Shown: in pieces, positions 1-8,084 of the stretch
Numbering within the stretch: the stretch's first letter is position 1
How the letters are laid out: each line of letters opens with the position of its first letter
Virus genome (UHGV): UHGV-1366990
Strand: one strand, 5' to 3'
Length of the DNA: 64,000 nucleotides
Source of the DNA: a virus
The notes under the pieces: model-generated
Told to the model about the DNA's origin: nothing
What the model saw: only the letters and a program-made list of their open reading frames with translations
The model's database searches: none
Translations under genes and position numbers: made by a program

Positions 1-228
1 AGTGTCTCGTTGTTTAAGTTTGGCAATCAGAGCCTTGGTGTCCGGCATCTGTTCTAACTCGTCACAGATGATCATGCGCTCACCAGGCTCATTCCGACGC
101 TTCGGGATATCATCGGGGGTGATGTGCACAACCTCAACTCCCGGCAGCTTCTCTTCCAGTAGAACTTTGATCAACCGAGAACCCAGTCCGGCTCCAACAA
201 TCACGATCTTTCTTGGCTTGTCTGTCAT
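1..228 (-). CDS. hypothetical protein, N-terminal 76 codons only (gene runs off the window start); begins MTDKPRKIVIVGAGLGS, possible dinucleotide-binding start
   Basis: Open minus-strand frame from ATG at 228..226 to position 1; AGGA upstream; not in ORF track because no stop inside window. Confidence 0.4.
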   Translation of the reverse strand, partial: MTDKPRKIVIVGAGLGSRLIKVLLEEKLPGVEVVHITPDDIPKRRNEPGERMIICDELEQMPDTKALIAKLKQRDT

Positions 229-243
229 GTTCCTGTCCACGAA

Positions 244-280
244 AAAGGGATAGAGCAATAATACCCTATCCCCTTTTATT
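244..280. terminator. GC hairpin (gggatag/ctatccc) followed by T-run; putative intrinsic terminator
   Basis: Inverted repeat 247-253/266-272 with ttttatt after; sits between two minus-strand genes. Confidence 0.35.
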
Positions 281-289
281 GAAGAACGA

Positions 290-703
290 TTAGTCTTCAG
301 ATTCTACTTTGCCGCCTCGTAGATCCCGAACTGGTTTACCGTCCGGTGTCATCACATAAATGGTGTTGATTGTCTCAAACCAAGACAGCTGGTCAACACC
401 CTCGGTGTATGGAGTCACCGGAACAGAAGTCTTGACCTCTTTGCCTTTCGTGTTCGGATGTTCAACCACATCCAAGAACGCACATTTCCCGCTCGGAAGG
501 ATCACACCATCAGTAAACAGCACGATCTTCTTGCGAGGGTTGCTGGCCTCACCCAGGCACACCACCAGATGATGGATCATCTCGGGGCGGTCAATCAACA
601 TGTCGTCTTTGATAATCCCTTGCTTGATAGCAGAGATCACCACCTCATCCAACAGAGCCTGCTGTTGGTCCAGTGTCAGGGATTCAGTGAGTTTCACGCT
701 CAT
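290..703 (-). CDS. hypothetical protein (137 aa from internal ATG; ORF track extends to GTG at 772)
   Basis: ORF 290..772; ATG at 703 has AAGG upstream and avoids overlap with LemA gene. Confidence 0.5.
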   Translation of the reverse strand: MSVKLTESLTLDQQQALLDEVVISAIKQGIIKDDMLIDRPEMIHHLVVCLGEASNPRKKIVLFTDGVILPSGKCAFLDVVEHPNTKGKEVKTSVPVTPYTEGVDQLSWFETINTIYVMTPDGKPVRDLRGGKVESED

Positions 704-707
704 GACA

Positions 708-1277
708 TCAGCCTTTGAAGTTAATCGGTTTCTGAATACCAGCGTCGAACGCGGCCTGGGTACGGGTATCACTCACCACCTGGCAGGTCTTGTCAAGGTC
801 GATACGCGGGTAGCCGAACATGCCAGCAATCAACGAACCAGGGAACTGAGCCAGCTTGGTTTCGTATATTGTGCAGATATCCAGCTTCTTGGTCTGGCTG
901 ATGCGGAATTCATCACGCCCAGAACTGATCACCACCTGGATCTCTTTGTACAGGCTGGAATCGAACTGAATATTCTGCTCCTGGATCCACTGCATGACGG
1001 CCTTGGAACCATCAGCGCCATAACGCCCTTCGAACGTGCCTTTGATCACTTCCTTCAGGCCGTCTTTATACATGTCAGGAATCTGCGCCGTCTCCTGAAC
1101 TTTGAGCGTGTAGTTGCTCAGGTAGTTCTCGGAGTCTTTGTTGAACTTCTTGACCTGCTGCTCAGTGCGGTTGAAGTCGTTGAAGTAGCTGATGACTGTG
1201 CCAATGCCGAGAATCACTACGCCCAGCAAAGCCAAACCAACTATCCAACCTGTTGCGATACCCTTAGATTGAGACAT
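708..1277 (-). CDS. lemA: LemA-family membrane protein
   Basis: 189 aa; N-terminal TM helix, C-terminal ...YETKLAQFPGSLIAGMFGYPRID resembling LemA signature; AGAGGAAG RBS. Confidence 0.6.
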   Translation of the reverse strand: MSQSKGIATGWIVGLALLGVVILGIGTVISYFNDFNRTEQQVKKFNKDSENYLSNYTLKVQETAQIPDMYKDGLKEVIKGTFEGRYGADGSKAVMQWIQEQNIQFDSSLYKEIQVVISSGRDEFRISQTKKLDICTIYETKLAQFPGSLIAGMFGYPRIDLDKTCQVVSDTRTQAAFDAGIQKPINFKG

Positions 1278-1295
1278 TCTTACTTCCTCTTTTGA

Positions 1296-2411
1296 TTAAA
1301 AATTAAACGGATAACGACGACGGCCACCATTGTACTCCATTCGCTGTAATATGAAAATTGCGGTGAACGGCAGACAGCCTAGCAGAACAACAATCACAAC
1401 TTCCCAGGTCTTGAGTTCCCGCCACTTCAGGTACTCCATTTCCTTCATCTCAACGCGGTTGTAGCCTTTGGTGATGTTAGCGACAACATCAGCCATGACA
1501 CCGACACCCATGTCGTGGCCTGTGAGAGCCATGCCATTGCGAGAATGGAGTTCACGGTTGTGCATACCATCAGCGAACGAAGTGCTCTTGCCCCAGTTGA
1601 TCTTCAGGTCTTTGTTGATGTCGGTCACGACGATAACGTCGTTCTTTTTACCACCATCCCAAGCATAGACCAAGCCCTGGAAGTATTCAACTGGCTGGCC
1701 GGAAGTCACAACCCAGACGATGTTCACCTGCTTGGCTGCGCCCAGCTTCTTCAGGGCATCGTTCAGATAGTCGTTCCAGTATGTGGTCGGTAACGCCAGA
1801 CCAGACACATTCAGTACACGAGTGACGCGATAGTAGTCATAGACTTCGGGATACTTCGGAATCTTGTCTTTGAAGCGCTCAGCAAACTGCTGGTCTGAAC
1901 GAGAGAACAGAGAGTCCTTGTTACCCAGCACATAGTTCATGTAGGAATGCTCACGGGCTGCGGGTTCGCCGATCTGAACCTGCGCCCAGCGCGGGGGCTG
2001 ACCAAGGCCGCGACGATCAATGCGGTCAATCGTCAGATTACCGACAGTCGTCAACACATCCCAGTCCACGTCATATGAATGCTCATAACAGGTGCTGCAA
2101 TGGCGGGTACGGGTGCAGGACTTACTACTGCCGGAGCCAGAGCACGATGTGGTGTAGTAGCAGTTGCATTCATATGAATGCTCACAGCTCACCTTATTCC
2201 GCTCCTTTGCAGTGACGTACCCGTTCAGGATCTCAACATCCCCTGAACTGCCAAGGGAGAACGCAGCATAAGTCCCCGCCTGAATCAGACAGGATAGCAA
2301 CACTACAATCGCGGTCGCTATCAGAGTCTCTTTCGGCTCATGGGTCTTGCGGTGGTAGGTCACAAACAGGATAGCCAGTACCAATGGCACACCAAACAGG
2401 AGGTAGATCAT
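1296..2411 (-). CDS. Cys-rich membrane protein with TM helices at both ends (possible LemA partner)
   Basis: 371 aa; N- and C-terminal hydrophobic helices; cluster CEHSYECNCYY..CSGSGSSKSCTRTRHCSTCYEHSY; start overlaps upstream gene (ATGA). Confidence 0.55.
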   Translation of the reverse strand: MIYLLFGVPLVLAILFVTYHRKTHEPKETLIATAIVVLLSCLIQAGTYAAFSLGSSGDVEILNGYVTAKERNKVSCEHSYECNCYYTTSCSGSGSSKSCTRTRHCSTCYEHSYDVDWDVLTTVGNLTIDRIDRRGLGQPPRWAQVQIGEPAAREHSYMNYVLGNKDSLFSRSDQQFAERFKDKIPKYPEVYDYYRVTRVLNVSGLALPTTYWNDYLNDALKKLGAAKQVNIVWVVTSGQPVEYFQGLVYAWDGGKKNDVIVVTDINKDLKINWGKSTSFADGMHNRELHSRNGMALTGHDMGVGVMADVVANITKGYNRVEMKEMEYLKWRELKTWEVVIVVLLGCLPFTAIFILQRMEYNGGRRRYPFNF

Positions 2412-2626
2412 TTGGATTCACCGACGAGCTGCGCCTTGGTCATCCCAAGGAGTTGATCTTTATGCTCAGGATTGGCACCGTTCTTTAACAACAAATCCCA
2501 ACGCTCTTCATGGTACTGTGGGTCCAGTGCTTCATCAAATGTGATGTGGTGGCGGAACATAATAGTTGCCACTGAATGGACACAGTGAGCGATTGCGCGC
2601 TTCATTGTTCGGGTATTCTTGATCAT
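2408..2626 (-). CDS. hypothetical protein (72 aa)
   Basis: ORF with GGGGGA RBS; stop overlaps start of downstream gene. Confidence 0.45.
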   Translation of the reverse strand: MIKNTRTMKRAIAHCVHSVATIMFRHHITFDEALDPQYHEERWDLLLKNGANPEHKDQLLGMTKAQLVGESK

Positions 2627-2723
2627 TTGGATTCCCCCATGACGATAACGGAAGCACCAAAAGCCGCTTCCATGTTGAGTAGGGACATATCTTCAATTCG
2701 TTGCATTGCCATGATATAGGACC

Positions 2724-2915
2724 TCAGTATAATTTCGTGTAAACTTGTTTAACGCCAATATCGGCAGGAGCTGTGCTCTGTTGCATATTATAGAATGCCA
2801 AATCTGCTTGTTCTTTGGTTTCAAAATCAACTACAACTGTGTGTACTGATATTGCTTCACCCTGTCCATAAGCATAACAACGGCTGGTGACCAATATTTT
2901 GTATTGAGGTGTCAT
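2724..2915 (-). CDS. hypothetical protein (63 aa)
   Basis: ORF with AAGGA RBS 8 nt upstream of ATG. Confidence 0.45.
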   Translation of the reverse strand: MTPQYKILVTSRCYAYGQGEAISVHTVVVDFETKEQADLAFYNMQQSTAPADIGVKQVYTKLY

Positions 2916-2940
2916 AAAATCGATCCTTGCAAAAAGAAAG

Positions 2941-2980
2941 GGGAACGGGCTAATAATAACCCATTCCCCTTTATTGAAGG
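2941..2980 (-). terminator. intrinsic terminator hairpin (ggggaa..attcccc) with T-runs on both sides
   Basis: Stem-loop followed by ttcttttt on minus strand, tttatt on plus. Confidence 0.4.
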
Positions 2981-2997
2981 AAGCAACCCCAGTCAGA

Positions 2998-3165
2998 TTA
3001 CTTTTTCTTCAGCTCTTCCAGTTTGGCTTCGATTTGTTCTAAGATATCTTTACCCTTCTGAACAATCACTTCACCATCTTGCGCGTGTTTACGGAAGACC
3101 AGAGCGCCAGCGATGAAGCCGACAACCGCGCCAGGAAGCGCATAAACCAGCAGATCTTGTAACAT
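2998..3165 (-). CDS. small membrane protein (55 aa; MLQDLLVYALPGAVVGFIAGALVF...)
   Basis: Below ORF-track length cutoff; ATG at 3165 with GAGGA 8 nt upstream; one predicted TM helix then charged helix. Confidence 0.4.
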   Translation of the reverse strand: MLQDLLVYALPGAVVGFIAGALVFRKHAQDGEVIVQKGKDILEQIEAKLEELKKK

Positions 3166-3201
3166 GATAATATCCTCGCTTTATAGGCGAGGATATTTAT
3201 A

Positions 3202-4437
3202 TCAGCGTTTCAAGAGTGTCATGAGGTTGACGCTGCTGGACTTCGGCTTGTCCTCAACCTTGCGCACAGGCATCTTCAGGTTTGTGTAGACCTCGGACGG
3301 TTCCCAGCGCGTACCCTTTTGCAGGTGCCAGATATGTAGAGGAACACCAGTCTCAAAGAACACAGGCATCTTCCACTTCTGGACGCCTGGAACGTGCCCT
3401 GTAGGAGCCTTTTCACATAACAGGGTATCTGGCAGCCAGAGCGAACGGGCTTCCCAGAGCGCTGCGCAGGAGTATTCAGGCCAGACGCGTTCCATGTAGT
3501 CTATCTCATCCCAGGTACGCTCTGCGTCCCACCCGATGTAACGGGTATTCTTCAGTCGGAAGAATTTCTTCAGCCAACAAGCACCGGAGGTTTCAAAGTT
3601 CAGGCGGTTGATGAACGTCAGGTGCCCGAACTCAGCCACACAATCCTGGAACGCCTGCTCAAGGTCGGCCTCAAGGATGTCACACTCTTCATCCGTGATA
3701 GGACAACCGTTGATCTTTTTCTTCCCGTGTTTAGTCACCCAATCGTCACGGTTGGACAAGAACGCCGCGCCATTACGGTTGGACTCGCTTCCATCACGAT
3801 CACGCAGCATGAAGCCAGGGACGTCAATGGTGTATTCGTTCCCGAAGACCATGTTCAGGGCTTCCAGGAAGTTCCAGGCGCTCAGGCGACCGAAGTATTT
3901 CCAGGACATCGCCGTGTCCCACAGCTGGGTGAATTGTTCTGTCTTATCGATGCACACCAACATCCCACGGAAAGCGTCATATTGAGTACGGCCAGCCAGC
4001 CAGTCAATATAGGACTGAACACACGGGATCATCTTGGACTTGCGGTAGCGACAGTCGGTATCGAATCGCATGCGATCAAAGTTCAGATTATACCAATCAG
4101 AGAAGCGCTGCATCTCTTCTTTGGACTGGGGTGGTACAGGGAACTCACTGTAGATCGTCCACGGCCCGACAGCGTTATAGCAACAACCCCACAGGAATGC
4201 CATCCAGATCTTGCGCTCGACTTTCTGTTCGAGACTGATGCCTTCAGTGACTTCGATCGCATAGTCCATCAGACGCATCTGCTGGTTGTGCTCTTCTGTG
4301 TAGGACAGCGCCTCCACCCAAGCCTTGAGCAGGTACATACGATTCTCAGGCTTGCGATAATCAACAGCCAGGTCAATCGGGTACTTCCATTCAGTCGGAG
4401 GCTTATAGCCCGTCGGCATTTTAGATAAATGATGCAT
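3202..4437 (-). CDS. hypothetical protein (411 aa); candidate nucleic-acid modification enzyme
   Basis: Long ORF with GAGGAAG RBS; Trp/Cys-rich; no motif I can name with certainty. Confidence 0.6.
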   Translation of the reverse strand: MHHLSKMPTGYKPPTEWKYPIDLAVDYRKPENRMYLLKAWVEALSYTEEHNQQMRLMDYAIEVTEGISLEQKVERKIWMAFLWGCCYNAVGPWTIYSEFPVPPQSKEEMQRFSDWYNLNFDRMRFDTDCRYRKSKMIPCVQSYIDWLAGRTQYDAFRGMLVCIDKTEQFTQLWDTAMSWKYFGRLSAWNFLEALNMVFGNEYTIDVPGFMLRDRDGSESNRNGAAFLSNRDDWVTKHGKKKINGCPITDEECDILEADLEQAFQDCVAEFGHLTFINRLNFETSGACWLKKFFRLKNTRYIGWDAERTWDEIDYMERVWPEYSCAALWEARSLWLPDTLLCEKAPTGHVPGVQKWKMPVFFETGVPLHIWHLQKGTRWEPSEVYTNLKMPVRKVEDKPKSSSVNLMTLLKR

Positions 4438-4798
4438 CTTTCGCTTCCTCTTCAGGAGCCACAGCTTCAGGCTCAGGAGCCAGCTGAATATCTTCCGGCT
4501 TCACGAACCCCATCGGACGTTCCCACATATCGACAAAGCGACGGTCAGCGGTCACGAACCACAGACGGGCTGCAGTGTGGGTCTTACCCGAGATGAACAT
4601 CTGAGCATTCGTCTGGGTACGGAACGGAGCAGCCTGCAACCACTTGCCGAAGTCTTTGGACGACGGATTGGCATTCAGCTGGAACTGAGGGATGACGCAG
4701 TTCTTTTCAGGAATCAGGCGCACGGCAGTAATGTGCTTGGCGTTTCCAGTGTAGTCAATCGCAACAGCCACAGCATCGCGAGGGATTTGAATTTTCAT
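4421..4798 (-). CDS. hypothetical protein (126 aa from MKIQIPRD)
   Basis: ORF 4421..4933; internal ATG at 4798 overlaps upstream stop (ATGA coupling). Confidence 0.5.
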   Translation of the reverse strand: MKIQIPRDAVAVAIDYTGNAKHITAVRLIPEKNCVIPQFQLNANPSSKDFGKWLQAAPFRTQTNAQMFISGKTHTAARLWFVTADRRFVDMWERPMGFVKPEDIQLAPEPEAVAPEEEAKDASFI

Positions 4799-4992
4799 TT
4801 TGGTTCCTTGAATATTTTGTAACCAGCAGCGCCGATAGACATCACCGCGCCAATACAGTACATCACAGTCACGTTCAACTTCTCTGAGGTTGTTAAGTCC
4901 AGAGGGGTGAAATGATAGGCTAGGGCAGTACACATTGAAACGGCTGCCATAACCAGACCAATGAACAACAGATAATTAGACAACCGTTTCAT
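4795..4992 (-). CDS. small membrane protein (65 aa)
   Basis: Two hydrophobic helices; ATG at 4992 with AAGGGG upstream (track start is GTG 4998). Confidence 0.45.
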   Translation of the reverse strand: MKRLSNYLLFIGLVMAAVSMCTALAYHFTPLDLTTSEKLNVTVMYCIGAVMSIGAAGYKIFKEPK

Positions 4993-4994
4993 GA

Positions 4995-6593
4995 TCACCC
5001 CTTCTTCATCAGGTCAAGGAGAGAGCGCGACGCTGCCTTCGTTGCTTCTGGCTGGGCGCTCGCCTTGGTTTTAGTTTTGGATGCCTTCTGCGGCTTCTCA
5101 GGCACTCTGTGCGCCAAAGGGTTGCTACCCTTAATCTTGCGCAACATTGGTGTGGTGTCGCAATATTTTTGAAACTCTTCTTTGGACAACCCTCTCAATC
5201 CAACAAAATCTATAATAAAACTACCAATAAAGTGGAGAGGGGCATCGAAGAATTTCAGTATATTCCAACCAACTGCCTTTACACCATTTTCATTCGCTGC
5301 CTTTGCAATGAACAACTCATTCTGAGAGTCTGGTTCAAGTTCGTATCCGATGGAAGCGTACTCACCCATGATCTTGACGTGATCCTTGGTGTATTGTTCA
5401 TTTCTTCCCCAGCCAGTGTCCTTCGCCGCCTTACCAGAACGACCGATGATACGTTTGTCGTAATCTTCCCGCGCTTGGTAAATAAAGGAGATGAATGCCA
5501 TGTTGTTGAACCCCAAGTCCTGGTGTACGAACTCGGGACGCCATCGATGACTCTGCATCATAGGTTCCCCCTCCAAGATGATAGTTGCATCTTTGAACTT
5601 TATTTTGAGATACTTCAACAACGAATTGGCCATCTCAGAAGACTTGAGAGTGGAGTGTATGAAATCCATGGAAGTCCATGATGCTAGACCTGATTTGTTG
5701 GACACTGTATACTTGCCGATGAACACCAGATTGATTTCCTTGAACCAAAACCCAACCTGGATCATCTTCTTGTCGAATTCGTATTCTATGAGTTCTGGCT
5801 CATATTTGGTTCTCAACCACTCAAGGAATTGAACGACACGAGTCCCCTTTCCCGTTCCACTTGTCCCGCGAATAACGACAATACCCGGCGTCACGCTAGA
5901 ATTTATCATAGTCATAAAACGTTTGTCCTCTTTGGGAATCCAACCATCTTTAAACATGGCGATCATATTACGAAAGACGCTCTCATCGCCCTTTAGATTA
6001 CGATACTCTGTGTCCAGTAGTTTAGAATACCACAATCCGATAGATTTGTAACCACATCCTCGTTTTGGCATACTGGTAGGATTCACAGTACCGCCGTTGT
6101 TCACCCATCTATCATAGATCCTACGGGCGTCCTTCCAAACCCACCAATAACCATTTGAAACCATGAATGGGTAGGGAGAATTACCCCTGTTCTCCTTTAT
6201 TGATTTTATTACACGTTCCCGGTATTCTGGATCATCCCAAGGATTTATACCAGATTTGTATTTCTTGCCAGTCCTAGCCAACGCCGCCTTAAATTGGTTT
6301 GGTATGATAGAATTGTCTCCTCCCAATTTCAGGTTCAGACATAACGGGTCCGACAGCAACTCATCCGTAACAATAATAGACTCCAGGTCGGATGCTTCCA
6401 ACCTGGTTTCAAACTTTTCTATTATCGTCTTTGAAAATTCAGAAGCGGGATGGGATTCCAACAACCTTTTGATGATCACACCAGAACCCATATAGGGGTC
6501 TTGTTCAGGAGCACATGAACAAGACCGAATCCCGACGTAGAATCTACCTGTGGGAACATGAGTTATCCTATAGGTGTAATGGTAACGAATCAC
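4995..6593 (-). CDS. GIY-YIG nuclease-like N-terminal domain fused to P-loop NMP-kinase-like domain
   Basis: 532 aa; N-term YTYRITHVPTGRFYVGIRS (GIY-YIG-like); later GTSGTGKGT (GxxGxGKGT P-loop); GTG start overlapping upstream stop. Confidence 0.6.
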   Translation of the reverse strand: MIRYHYTYRITHVPTGRFYVGIRSCSCAPEQDPYMGSGVIIKRLLESHPASEFSKTIIEKFETRLEASDLESIIVTDELLSDPLCLNLKLGGDNSIIPNQFKAALARTGKKYKSGINPWDDPEYRERVIKSIKENRGNSPYPFMVSNGYWWVWKDARRIYDRWVNNGGTVNPTSMPKRGCGYKSIGLWYSKLLDTEYRNLKGDESVFRNMIAMFKDGWIPKEDKRFMTMINSSVTPGIVVIRGTSGTGKGTRVVQFLEWLRTKYEPELIEYEFDKKMIQVGFWFKEINLVFIGKYTVSNKSGLASWTSMDFIHSTLKSSEMANSLLKYLKIKFKDATIILEGEPMMQSHRWRPEFVHQDLGFNNMAFISFIYQAREDYDKRIIGRSGKAAKDTGWGRNEQYTKDHVKIMGEYASIGYELEPDSQNELFIAKAANENGVKAVGWNILKFFDAPLHFIGSFIIDFVGLRGLSKEEFQKYCDTTPMLRKIKGSNPLAHRVPEKPQKASKTKTKASAQPEATKAASRSLLDLMKKG

Positions 6594-6895
6594 ACAGCAT
6601 CCTCAATACGCCAGCTCACGCCGCCCAGCCAAGGTGCCCAGAACACAGCAACCTGTGGGCGGCCATTCTCTTCAAACTTAACTTTATACTGGTCGTCGAA
6701 GTTATAGAAGATTTCATCTGCTTCAGAGCGCTGGCCGATCTTCACCAGTACATCATGAAGAGCCTTGGCTGCACCGATAGGAGTTGGAGTCTCCTGCTGA
6801 CGAATGAAGTTGTTCACATAGATAATCACACCATCCATGTCGCTATCACCGGAATGCTTGTCTGGGGTTTCCCCAAACTTGGATTGTTCTTGCAC
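6590..6895 (-). CDS. hypothetical protein (101 aa)
   Basis: ORF with AGGAGGA RBS before GTG start. Confidence 0.45.
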   Translation of the reverse strand: MQEQSKFGETPDKHSGDSDMDGVIIYVNNFIRQQETPTPIGAAKALHDVLVKIGQRSEADEIFYNFDDQYKVKFEENGRPQVAVFWAPWLGGVSWRIEDAV

Positions 6896-6904
6896 GATGT
6901 CCTC

Positions 6905-7684
6905 CTATCGGACGTATTGATAATGACTAATCAGGCGGTTAACCACTTCAACAATATTGTGGTTCAGGAAGTCGAAGTGATTCTGGCCTTCTACTGGTTT
7001 AATATAAAGCATGTCTTCCGAATTCGAAAGATCCAGTTTTTCATAATTGCCCTGAGGAACAAAGATGACAAAGATGTTGTTCAGGCCGCACGGCTCGACA
7101 TACTTCGGATTGTCATCAATCAGGACATCGCCAGCCAGCAGATGCTTTTCGTCGGTGCTGACAAACCCGTTGAAGATACCAGGGAACTTATCATAGACAA
7201 ACTGACGCTTGCTGCGCTCGTGTTCCGGCTCGCACTTCGACACCGCGATGAATTCAACATTGTCGAAATCTTCAAGCAAGATATCCTTCAGATTTACCAG
7301 GAACTCGTAAGCGCCGGGGAGCGGGTTCATCTTGGCGTACAAGTCAGGGCGACGCCACCAGTCCATAGGATCGTTACCGCTTGGCACACGTTGTTTGTGC
7401 ATCCCCAATTGGACTTCATGGTATAGCCACGCCGGATGCGCACGTTCACGCATCAGAATAGCCAGGTCGCCAGCATGGGACATATAACACTCTTTAGTGA
7501 TCGGCTGGAACTGGTATGACTTATGTTCCCCCGTAGCGATAGCAGCGGCGGCGATGTTCTCTTCGTTAAACCACTGCACCCAAGGGGAGAGGCTGTCGAC
7601 CAACGTCAGGTCAACATCCACGAGGACGCGATACAGGCCACCGACCTTTGATTTCATATCATAGATACAAACCAGGTTGTTCAT
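6905..7684 (-). CDS. HAD-superfamily hydrolase-like protein (putative nucleotidase/phosphatase)
   Basis: 259 aa; N-terminal VLVDVDLTLVD matches HAD motif I (DxDx[TV]L); GAGGA RBS. Confidence 0.5.
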   Translation of the reverse strand: MNNLVCIYDMKSKVGGLYRVLVDVDLTLVDSLSPWVQWFNEENIAAAAIATGEHKSYQFQPITKECYMSHAGDLAILMRERAHPAWLYHEVQLGMHKQRVPSGNDPMDWWRRPDLYAKMNPLPGAYEFLVNLKDILLEDFDNVEFIAVSKCEPEHERSKRQFVYDKFPGIFNGFVSTDEKHLLAGDVLIDDNPKYVEPCGLNNIFVIFVPQGNYEKLDLSNSEDMLYIKPVEGQNHFDFLNHNIVEVVNRLISHYQYVR

Positions 7685-8022
7685 TTGTCTTCCTCAACTT
7701 TATCGTAGCCTGTAGCAACACACTGTTCTTCGGTACAATCTGCATACAGAACGACGGAGGCCTGCTTCACGTAGGTGATGCAGTGGTAAGTTTCGTCTTC
7801 CTGGACGGAATCGTCATAGTTGCAGACAGTTTGGAGCGGACCTGGGGTAGTGTTGTCCAGTGCTGCATGCGCCTTGATGGTGTCTTCCATCTTGGACACG
7901 GCCTGTTCATTGGTGAACGTCGGCGCGTCAAGGTCTACAGTAGACGCAACGTCCAGAAGGGTGGAACACGCAGTGGTAGAGAAAGCCAGAGCGCACACCA
8001 GAAGAATCTTATTGAGTTTCAT
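7681..8022 (-). CDS. putative secreted lipoprotein
   Basis: Signal peptide MKLNKILLVCALAFSTTAC with lipobox-like Cys; AGGTGA RBS before ATG at 8022. Confidence 0.5.
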   Translation of the reverse strand: MKLNKILLVCALAFSTTACSTLLDVASTVDLDAPTFTNEQAVSKMEDTIKAHAALDNTTPGPLQTVCNYDDSVQEDETYHCITYVKQASVVLYADCTEEQCVATGYDKVEEDK

Positions 8023-8084
8023 TTCAATCACCTGTTTGTCAAAGGGTTAACAGGGGGAATTATATCCCCCTTTGGTTTATTGAA

